Source: Selaginella moellendorffii
Lineage: Eukaryota > Plantae > Lycopodiophyta
DNA: 64,000 bases
Assembly: GCF_000143415.4 (NCBI RefSeq)
Contig: NW_003314321.1
Location: 248,001 to 312,000 of the forward strand
Direction of reading: 5' to 3'
Part shown: piece after piece, positions 1 to 10,552 of the stretch
How the letters are laid out: each line of letters begins with the position of its first letter
Position numbering within the stretch: position 1 is the first letter of the stretch
Notes under the pieces: model-generated
Seen by the model: only the letters and a program-made list of their open reading frames with translations
What the model was told of the DNA's origin: nothing
The model's database searches: none
Program-made: the position numbers and the translations under genes

Positions 1-589
1 GGAAGAAAGATTGTGAGAGTTAAAATTACCAACACTAGAACCCATAGACATTTGTGGGTGTATTTCCCTTTTTTCGAATGAGAGTGTGAATGAAGATCTA
101 TAAATTCTAGACAGTATGCTACAACAAACCCCTCAAGAATGTATTCTACAAAGAACCAAGTCTTTCTTTTATATGCAATAAGCTTACATCAATGATTATT
201 TTTTTTCCTTTCAAACGGTTATATGGCTTCATATAGAATCTTATTTCAAATTTAATAATTTTTTAATTCTGACAAACCTAACAACATTTACTAGTCAGAA
301 AGCATAGAGTACAAATTTAAAGAAGTGACAAGAATACTCTTTTTGCAAACATTTTATTTTATGTTCTAACAAATGTCTCTATCATTGCATGTAGTAAATA
401 TTTAAATTATTAGAACAAAAAGTGTTCTTTAGAACATTTTTATCTATATAATATATAGAGAGTTATTAAATTATTAGGTTCGCCATAACCTTAAAATTTT
501 AAAATTTATAATGTTGGTACTAAATTACAATTGAAAATTGAGCTCAACTCGTGAGCTCAACTCTTCAACTCGTGAGCTCAAGTATGGTC

Positions 590-1025
590 CGCGCCCATTT
601 CCACACTGAATCTACCAATCCTTCTATTGTGTAAACTAGCTATTCCATGTGAGGCAACTAGTCATCCACCTGTACCGCAGTCTCACGGTGCATACTTTCG
701 TCTATGGATACTCCACACAAGAGGAAGGACGTATGTATGGATGCCCAATGCGTACGATTTCAAATTTAGGGGTAAGAATATATCTTGTTCAAGGGTATAT
801 TATATTTTTAAGTAGTCATTAATCAATGGGAATCAAACCCTTGCCATTTGCTTCGATACCAACTGTAGCGCACCTTATCGCTCTCCCCTTAAGCTAACTG
901 GAAAAAGGGCAATTGCTTGATGAGAGAGCCTTTAGTGGCTATTTTATCCCCATTTATCCCCCAAGGTTCCAAGTATCCACAGTGACAGTATATCCAAATC
1001 TCATTCCATAATCACATATGCTACA
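590..1025 (-). mobile_element. Truncated family-B LTR element: 162-bp LTR (864-1025), tRNA-Met PBS and leader
   Basis: The minus strand reads TGTAGCATATGTGAT...GTGCGCTACA followed by TGGTATCGAAG (PBS, 851-861). Segment 590-860 is the reverse complement of 15285-15550. Confidence 0.85.
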
Positions 1026-1768
1026 TTTCCATTGAGTAAAAAACCTTTTAAATAAACCACGTACCATGAGATGGGGAAATTAGACTAAACTAAATCATCC
1101 ATTATACTCCCTAAGTGGACGATGATAGGAGTTGTAATATTGTTGTTGTCCCACTTGTATGCACATTAAGTGTTCAATAGACTTTGCTTGGACAAATGGA
1201 AGAATGTTCGTCAAATATTAATCCCATGACTTAGCATTAGCAACTCGTGGTAATTGTGAAGGTAAACCTAGCTCCATTGGGAATATTGGATCATGACCAT
1301 ATATGAGTTTATATGGTGAAGCACCAACAAAACTTTGCACCCCTGTGACATATGCATACCACAGAGACGGCAAATAACCATTCTAATCCGAATGTTGAAA
1401 ATTCACATACTTCGCAATCATTCCTTTGAATGTCTAAATGAGCCATTCCACTAAACTATTTAAAGTGTGGCATATCCCCAACCGAGACGTCAAAATATGA
1501 AATACCTCAACCATAAATGTGGGACCATTATCCAAAAAATTTACTCTAGATAAGAATGCTAGAAAACCACTCAATTGAGGAGGAAGTATCCAATAACAGT
1601 TGTATAAGCATTAGTAAAAGCACCAACTTCCACTTAACGAGTTAAATAGTCAAAAACAATAATAATATATTCATTGCTAACAATTGATCATGGAAAAGGT
1701 CCTATAAGATCAAACACCACTAACTCAAACAAATGAAAAACTACAATTGACTCCAACCATCCTTTCAT
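1026..1768 (-). pseudogene. Degenerate Ty3/gypsy integrase, 3' part of the old family-A copy
   Basis: Colinear with 30360-30890 of the younger copy, with many stops. It continues at 19822. Confidence 0.85.
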
Positions 1769-2347
1769 TATAGCATATGTGATCATGGAATGAAATTTAA
1801 ATATACTATCACCGTGAATCCTTGGAACCTTGGGGGATAAATGAGGATAAAATACCCACTAAAGGCTCTCTCACAAACAAGTATCCTTTTTTCCAGTTGA
1901 CTTAAAAGCTCTATTTCATTAAAGTGGGAATTGTCATTATCCCACTTGTAAAATAAGGTTTCCAAACTTTTATATAGTATATAAATATAACAAAATTTAA
2001 CTGCATTGAGGCACATGCCATTTTATTTTAAACAAGGAAATGTCTACTCAATCACTTCTCCTCCCCCTGCCACTGCTTCACCTCTCTCTTCTCCTTGTCA
2101 TTGTCGTCCAATTTCTTTCCATCCTTTTAATATTGGCTCAGTTGCTCCGAGTCTAGGTGGAGCCCAAGTCCCCATTCAATCTTTACTTTCCCCTTATTAA
2201 TAAAACAACTTCGTAGACTTCCAATAACATGCTGTAACACTTCTAGTATAATGCAAATCCTCTCAAAGAATTGTCTTTTAATATTAATACAATGGCATGG
2301 AACCCCATGCCATAATAAGTTACATTTTTAAATAAATACATCCCATC

Positions 2348-3210
2348 TCAGACTATTATTTTTTGCCTCCAACGCCTATACAATAATCTTGGAATTTCAT
2401 CACTCTCCACACTATCAGGATTTAAACCCAATAGTAATGCCATCTCTTCTCTAATACGTCCACGCTCATGTTCAGTGGTTGAAGAACCCATCCGGTTGAG
2501 CAGATTATGGAGATGCGGATAGTGCTTGGCTAGACAATATACATGCCATAAATGATGACTGGTGTTTGTCCGATCAAATGGCTTCTGATATACCGTTCCA
2601 TCTGCCATTTGGTTGATTTCTGTAGCCACCTCCTGGACTGGCCGGTTCTCTATCACCATTGCTCCAAGCCGTTTTGCAAGGTCCCCCAGAACATACGGTT
2701 TCTTCTCCCTAGTTTCCATATTGCAAGAGATGGGGTGCATTGCATATGTGTGCGTGTTCGCTGCAATTTTAATCGGCGAGTCATCGATGATGAGGATTTC
2801 ACTTGACCTAGCAGTCCGGTTCATCACTACAGCCTCTGGCTTGACGAAGATGGGCTTGCTACCCCTCACATGGACCATAGTCAAACAATCCTCCTGCGTT
2901 AGGAGAAAGTCAAATGGTAATATTACTTACGTCTGATCGTGCATCATCTGTAGCAACGTTAATGCATTGTGGCACATCATGGATGTCCAAACTCCCAATT
3001 GCAAATTGAACACGGCCCTCTGTTTTAAGTGTCGCATGGTCATTATTAGATCCCGCAGTTTCTCCCGTGTGATTAATGTGAATCTGTCTCTTTTGACCAA
3101 CTTGCGACCGCAGGCTTTGGAGGGTGCAGTGACATTCGAGGACGAGCCACGCTCATGGGAGAAAAGGATACCGTTCAGATCAAAAACGATACAGTACCTT
3201 CGCTGTGACT
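2348..3210 (-). CDS. FCP1/NIF-like HAD phosphatase domain exon (one internal TAA)
   Basis: Motifs IVFDLNGIL, LGVWTS, FLLTQEDC, FVK and LIIDDSPIK..N occur in NIF order. ORFs 2927..3232 and 2348..2884 share a frame. Confidence 0.75.
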
Positions 3211-6200
3211 CTGAAATGAAATGCGTCAGCATAAAAAATGGTACAAGTCAATTTTACCATCTACAATATTAGCGAATGGTGCTCCCGATGGTCGTTCAGA
3301 GGGTTTTGGTCGAGGAAACGTGAAGGGCGGAAATACTCTCCTCTGCAATGTGGGGTCAATCGCATCCGATGGCGTGTGGGCACATGCCATTTCAGCTGTA
3401 GACTCTGGTACAACTGGCTCAACAGTGGCATGGGGTGGTTCCAATGGCGTGTGATCACACGCCATTTCAGTTGGTGCCTCCATTGGCAAAGTGGACATGA
3501 CCGAACAGGCAGCAGGGGCGGTGTAGGGAGGTTCCAACGGCGCGTAGTCAGACAATTGGGCACACGTTGAGTCCGTTGGAAATGAGGATACGACCGGCTC
3601 GGTGGCTGGGGCGGCCTCATGCGGGTCCAATGGCGCCTGGTCACCGTCAGTTGGATACGTGGACAAGATTGACTCAGTGGTATGGGCAGCATCAAGTGGA
3701 GCGTGGTCAGCTTGCTTGGCGTTGATATGGATAGTAGCCTCCACCAGCTCTGATGACTCTTGCAGGAAAGTAGAGTCCATTGGCGGATCCATATGCATGT
3801 CCAAATATCTCCCTTCGATTGAGATGGTATCCTCCCGTGCTACTAAAAACAAACTCATTAGCACATTGAATCGACTATACTGTATTTACCATCAACTGCT
3901 ATTGAGGAACTAGGACCGATATCACTTGGGCGCACTGCTGATTCTGAAGGATTGGACATACGTTTCGACCCTTGCTTGGCACTATCCTTCCTCGACACTA
4001 AAGGCTAGAGTTTGTAAATTCAACTGAATAATCTCTACTTACCATTTGCTCTGCGACCTACATAGACAATGTTAGAAATGGTAAAAGGTTAGGAATGGAT
4101 GTACTATTATTTACCTGATGGTTTGTCTTGTATAACCTTCCTCCGCTACTCTTTGGCCACCTCAGGCTGGCCATCGTCGTCATCATCATCGTCGTTGTTA
4201 TTGTGATCGTCACCATTGTGAGGACCATCCAAGTCCTCTTCGTCCTCCTCTTCTTTGTCCTCCTCTTCGTCCTTCTGCTCTTCCTGCTCATTATCTTTCT
4301 CTAGCTCCTCATCCCCCTCCTGCATTTCTTCCATAGGCTGCTCAGGCTGGATGGCTTGTTCTTCCAGGACCATCTTGGGAAAATCATCTGGCCGAGTCTC
4401 CATCTCAAAATACAACACATCCATAGCCTGTTTTAGTGTGTGACCTAGGACCGTATCCTCACCCGACTGTCTTAACATGGTTTCTGCACGTTCTTGCACC
4501 CTTCGAAGACGACGAGATGAGAAAAACGTGGCCCTGACTTGAAAAGCATCCCTCATCCATTGTACCTCTCCATTGAGATTGGGGAAGGGGAGTCCGCCAT
4601 AGGAATCTGAGTCAGAAGGTGGTGACTGGCTGCTTTCACTCAGCCCTTGATCTACAATGAATGGCATGAGCACACACGCCATAACCGCGAGGCATTACCT
4701 ATCATCTTTTCGTTGCCCTTCTTCCTTTTCGAATCAAACGCCTCTGATCCCGACGACTGTCCAACGTGCTTTCGCTTTTTATGACCACTGTCAGTTTGAG
4801 CTTGGCTGGTGCTTGCCTGTTTTGCCTTTCAAGAAGTGTCTCCTGCAAGGAATGGCATGAGACCACACGCCATTGCAAATATAATTTGTACCTCCTTTTT
4901 TCCTATTGCTTGTCTGTTTGTCCTTCTTCGACGCGCCACTAGTGCGCTTTTCAGTCCTCGTGTCTGAATATTCACAACAATCTATAATTAAAATGGCGTG
5001 AGGCCTCACGTGACCTTACCTTGTGCAAGTTGTGAGCTCGGCCCAACATGGGTATTTTCAACAGTAGCTGTTAACGCCGTTTCAGCATCTGGGGGTGGCC
5101 ACGCTCCTGCATACAGAGCTTGTGAGATAACATTTAAACTTAAAGTGTGTACTCACCAGGTTCACAGAGAAGATACTGTTTTTCTTTGGCAACTGTAATT
5201 ATATGCTCCATTGAAGTCACCTCTTCAATGAAGTTTGTCACCGCAACACACGGGACACCCTTGAGTAGTGCGGCTCGAAAGAATAGTCCGCCGCAGTTGT
5301 ACTCGACAACGCATTTGCCCTTGGAGTCGGAAGCAGGTGACCCACCCGCTATTGTGTTGAAGACCCAGTTGAGCATTTCCCATGCTGCACCTGGAGCTTT
5401 CTTTGGATTCGAAAGCTCCATAGCCGTCTTCAGTTCCTCAGGCACGGGTAAATTGACCTCCCTCAGATCAATTCGATCGGCCTTGTCGAACGAAGCTAGG
5501 AAGTCACTCCAGTCCCACTCTGCTGCAGGACCAATAACAAGGGCGAGTGTGATGATGCGGACATTCGTCGGTATCTTCTTCTTAGCCATTATCCCATGGA
5601 TCTCCCGCATCTCCTTGCCTTTCAACCGAGCCTTCATCTCGTTCAAGGCCTTCCAGAATTTGTGATAGGATTCGGAGTTGTAGATCATATAGTGGACTGA
5701 AGATTCCACCTCCGCAAGTCCCACCATTAAGTCAATGATGGAGCTGACTTCGTCTGCATGAGTGATCTCCTCGTTTGTGAAGTCCACCACACAAAAGATG
5801 TTCTTGACCTGCTCATCTCCGCGGGAAACGATGCTCCTCCACCTTTGATCCTCATCCAAATTCACGTATACCCAGTAAGGTTCTCGATAGGCCTTTGCTG
5901 CGGGGTCGAGCTGTTTCTGAAGCCGGCGGTCGACATCCCTCTTAATGAAATTTGGATACTGATCCAACTTCTCAGCTTTACTTTTCGTGGCATCCCGCAG
6001 CAGATCGATGAACTTGGGGGCCCCCTTCACGTACTCGTCGATGTCTTCATTTGACAACTCCAGCGCTTCCATCATCTCTTGCGTGGTGTCGATGCTCACC
6101 CTCTCCACGGCCACTTGCTCGAAGATCCAATCCTTCAATAGCGCACGAGCTCTCAAAGTCGTGCACAAGTCCTCGTATGTCACAATATGGCCGGGAGTCA

Positions 6201-6659
6201 TTTTGGTCTTGTTGAAGACTACCTCACCACGTAGAAGAGCATTAGCCACTATCAGAAGGTCGTCGTCGTCTAGAGACCACGAGAAACGCAAGGCGTTGAG
6301 CTTCAAATCATTGGGCTTCCGGCCGTCCTCCACACCCATTGAGTTTAGCAACTCCCCGTCATGGTACCTCCTCAGCACATCTACCCATTTGTCAAAAACA
6401 ACTTTTGTCGCGAGTAGAATGTTATGGATGCTGAGTGTGTCATTGACCCCCAGTGTTTTCGAGAGAAGACTCGAGAATTCCTGCAATGGAAATGGCGTGA
6501 GGCCACATGCTATGCCACATGCAACGAGGCTTACCTGCCAGGCGCTAGTTGCTAGTGCACGTCCTTGTCCTGGTTTTTGTGGCTTCTTCAGTTGAACCCA
6601 GAGCTTCCGTGTTCGTGCCAATGTCTCGTGCAGACCCGATTTGTAGCACGTTTCTTGCT

Positions 6660-7050
6660 TGACATTCTGTGCGTGGGAGATGTATATGATAGATCGGAGG
6701 GGCGAGTTGCCTTTTATCAGGCGGACAACTCTTGTCTTGAAAACTTTCTTCACCTCCTCGCCCACCATAATATCCACAACTATCTCTTGCATCGCCAAGC
6801 TAGAATGCTGCCCGGAGACGGCATAGAACCGGATGTTCTGATCGTCCAACACCTTCCTATTGATCAAGTCTGGAAACCTCGTCTCGCCCTTCATTGTTCG
6901 GTAGTAGGGGATCACGTCTGCGATGTCGAGTGTTACTGGACTTGCCAGCATCTTCTGCTTCAGTTTCTCCACCCACTCATCAGATACTAGCCTGTGGTTG
7001 TATTTGCTTTGGATGTCGATACGGCTCACGTCGATTGTATATACTTTGTT
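6660..7050 (-). other. ParB/Sulfiredoxin-like N-terminal domain within the cargo protein
   Basis: IDVSRI..NHRLVSDEWVEKLKQKM...FYAVSGQHSSLAM...VVRLI..ISHAQN matches the ParB/Srx pattern, with GQHS in place of GxxR. Confidence 0.6.
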
Positions 7051-8430
7051 GGAATAGTAACAAGTACTATTATCTGCGATGATTTTTGCTGCCTCTTCTT
7101 GCTCTTTCTGCTCTTTGCGGCTCTTCTTTTTGGTGGGTGTAGTGTTCGAACCCGAGGCAATGGCATCACCGAGTAGCTTCTTTTTTGGAGCAGGAGAGTC
7201 GGATGTCGACTTGAGCTTGACCACCCTTTTCTGCTTCGGGGTAGTTTCCAGATCGACCCCCTTCCCCTTCGCTTTGCGAACTGGAGGCACTCTCAACGGC
7301 TCAATGTTGGAATATAGTTTTTGAACATCGCCGTAGGTGAGGTCCGTGGATTCCATGTGATCTTCATAGACCCGCAGCGTCTTTGAAATTGTGGGCCTCC
7401 TGGACAACCTCTCCCTAGCTCCCTCTAGGAATTCCTCATAGCCGCTGCCCCCCTCTGGGAAGCCACTAGGATGTGCAAGGTGGATCTTGAAGGCAGACGC
7501 TGTCTCTACCACAAGTGCCAGTCCATATTCTTGCATGGAACTGCATGGAGTGTCTGTCACTTGGATGAGGATCCCCATGCATTCTTTTCTCCCACCATCT
7601 GTGTTGTACAGCCTTAGATCCTCGCCTTCCATCCCAAAAGTCCAACTGGTGAGCTCCTCCCCCTTCTCTGCATCCACATTGACAATGGCTGGAAGAAGAA
7701 CGCAATTCCTCGCCTGTTCAGAAATGCACAACAATTAGAGCTAACAGATGAAAAGCTAGCAGCTGGAAATAACGTTAGGCCACACGCCATTCACCACTGC
7801 ATCAGATGTCTTGAGGCTGCATCCTAAGATGGCGTGAGGCTACACGCCATCTGTAACCGGACTGCACTCGAGAGCCCAATCAGTGCATGCCAATGTTGCT
7901 ACTGAATGGCATGTGGCCTCATGCCATTTTCTACTTGGCTTAAAAGACTTACCATTTGAAGCCGAATGGAGGCGTGACAATCGAGGCCGGACTCGCTGGC
8001 GAATGTGCACTGTGTGTGCAGCGGATTGTAGCAGCAAGGCTACTCTGCCACTTACAGTTGGAGAGTGGCGCTGAAATCTCCCGGGACGCCAAGTGGGCTG
8101 CGTGTGGGTGGCGGAGTGGGCGGCGGAGTTGGCGGCGAAGTTACAAATTGGGTGTGTCTTGAAGTGGACGCCGATGCACACGAGCGCGATGCGAGCGCGA
8201 GTGTGATGCAAGCACGAGTGGACGCCGATGCACACGAGAAACCTGTAGAGAAGGTAGATGAGCGCGAATGTGAGCGTGATCGCGAGTGGGAGCGCGATGC
8301 GAGCGCGAGTACGAAGCAAAATGCAAAACCTAACCTCACACACGCGAAATGTCACGACGGTTGGTAATCCCGCCACGTCATCATTCCTCGGACTTGGGCG
8401 CCACCATTAATTTCTGGATCGCCGCGCGCA

Positions 8431-8558
8431 TGCATGCACGTGAAATCCAAAAGAAATCCGCAACGTCATCATTCCTCGGACTGCATGCACGTGAAATCCA
8501 AAAGAAATCCGCAACGTCATCATTCCTCGGACTGCATGCACGCGAAATCCAAAAGAAA
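8431..8558. repeat. 51-bp tandem repeat, about 2.5 copies
   Basis: Unit TGCATGCACGTGAAATCCAAAAGAAATCCGCAACGTCATCATTCCTCGGAC. Confidence 0.9.
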
Positions 8559-9231
8559 GATCATGATTGGGATATCATTTAATACCCTCGCTATATTTAT
8601 ACCATGCATGATTGGATATTCCAAAGCATCTTGTATTTCCAAAAATGCCAGATGTTCAGCTAAATAAAGAATGGTATACAAAAAATCCCAAAAAATGCAC
8701 CAAAAATGCTCGGCGTCATCTGGCGTTATCTCTTGAATGGCGTGGGGCCGCATGCCATTTTCAGGGGCACATAGGAGTATATTCCTAGAATATTCTGACA
8801 CACGCGAGATTTTTTTGAGTTTTCTAGAGATCCAACCGTTAGATCGCAACTAGATTTTACAGAATGGTATACAATGTCTTTCTTGATGACCCTGCAAAGA
8901 AGCATCTCGATCGGACACCACATGAGACCACACGAGCCTTACAATGTTTCAGGGGCATTTGCCATAGATCCGACCGTTATTTTGCTCCAAGATTTTACAG
9001 TTTGGTGTGCATTGACCTTTCCATCGACACTGCAAAGGGACATCACAATCAGATGTGGGATCACAAGAAACTAACTTCACTAACTCTGGTTTCACCAAGA
9101 TCTACGTAAGGAGTTATGAAATGAAAGGACCCTCTCTATTGAAATGTGTTTATGGTCCTAGGGGCATTGTGACATATCAAAGGATTTTGCATCAAGTTTT
9201 GTATTTGCATGTTTATCAAGCTATTGAATTG

Positions 9232-9257
9232 CTAAACCCTAAACCCTAAACCCTAAA
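9232..9257. repeat. Interstitial plant telomeric repeat / telo-box array (CCCTAAA)x3
   Basis: ctaaaccctaaaccctaaaccctaaa between the two divergent TE genes. Confidence 0.85.
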
Positions 9258-10552
9258 CATGTGGCAAATGCTGCGTGAAGAAAGATGCCCTTTCTGGGCA
9301 AATGCTGTAAGAGGCAGATGCCGAGCAAATGTATCTCAGGCTAGCGAAGGGGACAAACGAAAGCTAGCTATAAACATGACGGGATGCAAATAGATTACTA
9401 GGCTGGTCCTGCGAAAATCAAAAACCATAATTGAAAACATTGAAAATGCAAAAAGAAAGGTTTATAATATTTTTGAATTTTAAGCAACCAAAGGAATGTA
9501 AATAGGGCATGTGTTTGTAAGTTTAAAAATGCCTCAACCACTTAAATTCCCAAGTAAATAAAGCTATTTCTATTTTTGGTACAGATAAACTTTATAGCGT
9601 GTGGGCTCATGCAATTTTGAACCCAAAAATGCACCAAAAAATGCTCGACTAGCATTATTCTTTGAATGGCGTGTGGCCTTATATTGCCATAAATGGACGT
9701 ACACACACAGCATAATTATTCCTTTACACGGCGAATAATCTTGGTGCGGATCGCTGATATGGCATGGCAAAGTTCAAATCACTGACATGGCACAGCTGGA
9801 TCGAGGCAAGGACATGATGTGACAAAGTTCAACCTCCGACAACAAAGTCTAGAAGCTACTCAGTTTGAAATTTGTCAGAGGAATCATAAGATCTGGTTTG
9901 TCAGAGGATTTGATGTGACGTTCAAGCGTGTGTTATTTTTGAATTCTCGAACTCATTCCTAGGTCTATCATTTTTGTGTGCCGTGTTCTTGGTTCCGCTG
10001 AGCGCAGTGAGCGTTGCTTGTGTAAGCGGCGTTGTGAGCTGTGGTTTATGCGTCTACGAGTGGTTGCGGCATTGCGAGCGCCATTGCGAGCGGCAGTTTA
10101 TGCGAGTGGCAGTTTGTGCGAGCGGAGCTACGAGCAGTTGCGGTGTTGCGAGCGGCGCTACAAGTAGTTGCGGTGTTGCGAGTGGCACTGTCTTTGGTGT
10201 GGCTACCGCTTCCTCTTAATATTCGGCACTTGTGCTTCCTGGTATGTTCACCATGGAATGGCTTAGGACCACATTTAGAAATGGCATGAGGACACATGCC
10301 ATCTTGGGCCCTTGCAATTTCATGGCTAGCGTATTGTCATGTATGTTTTTACTTGCCTGCAGCTGTGTGTATATCAAGATGGCATGAGGCCTCATGCCAA
10401 TTTTGTGAATGCGAAATTTCACGTGGGTGTCAATAGCATGTTTGAATAATGGCATGTGGCCTCATGCTATTGAGGTTGTTTGGTATGTTATGATTTAGGC
10501 CATTCTCCAATCATTTTTTGCATGGTCTTAACTTCTTTTCTGCACTTTCAGA

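Larger units (their letters stand above)
2348..7734 (-). pseudogene. Transposon cargo gene (multi-exon): ParB-like + MTase-like fold + acidic/repeat linker + FCP1-like phosphatase, with 3 premature stops
   Basis: The 864-aa ORF joins in frame to downstream exons through short GT-AG introns, checked by hand (e.g. 5107-5156, 4843-4891, 3211-3257). In-frame stops at 4829-4831, 4146-4148 and 2927-2929. The 5' end is unresolved (acceptor near 7714). Confidence 0.7.

Noticed and set aside
538-582. GAGCTCAACTCGTGAGCTC short repeat/palindrome
   Set aside because: An isolated local duplication at a TE breakpoint, with no further support.
7840-8376. 178-aa ORF and overlapping ORFs upstream of the cargo gene
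   Set aside because: Repeat-derived and open in several frames. Part could be a 5' exon, but I cannot support that.
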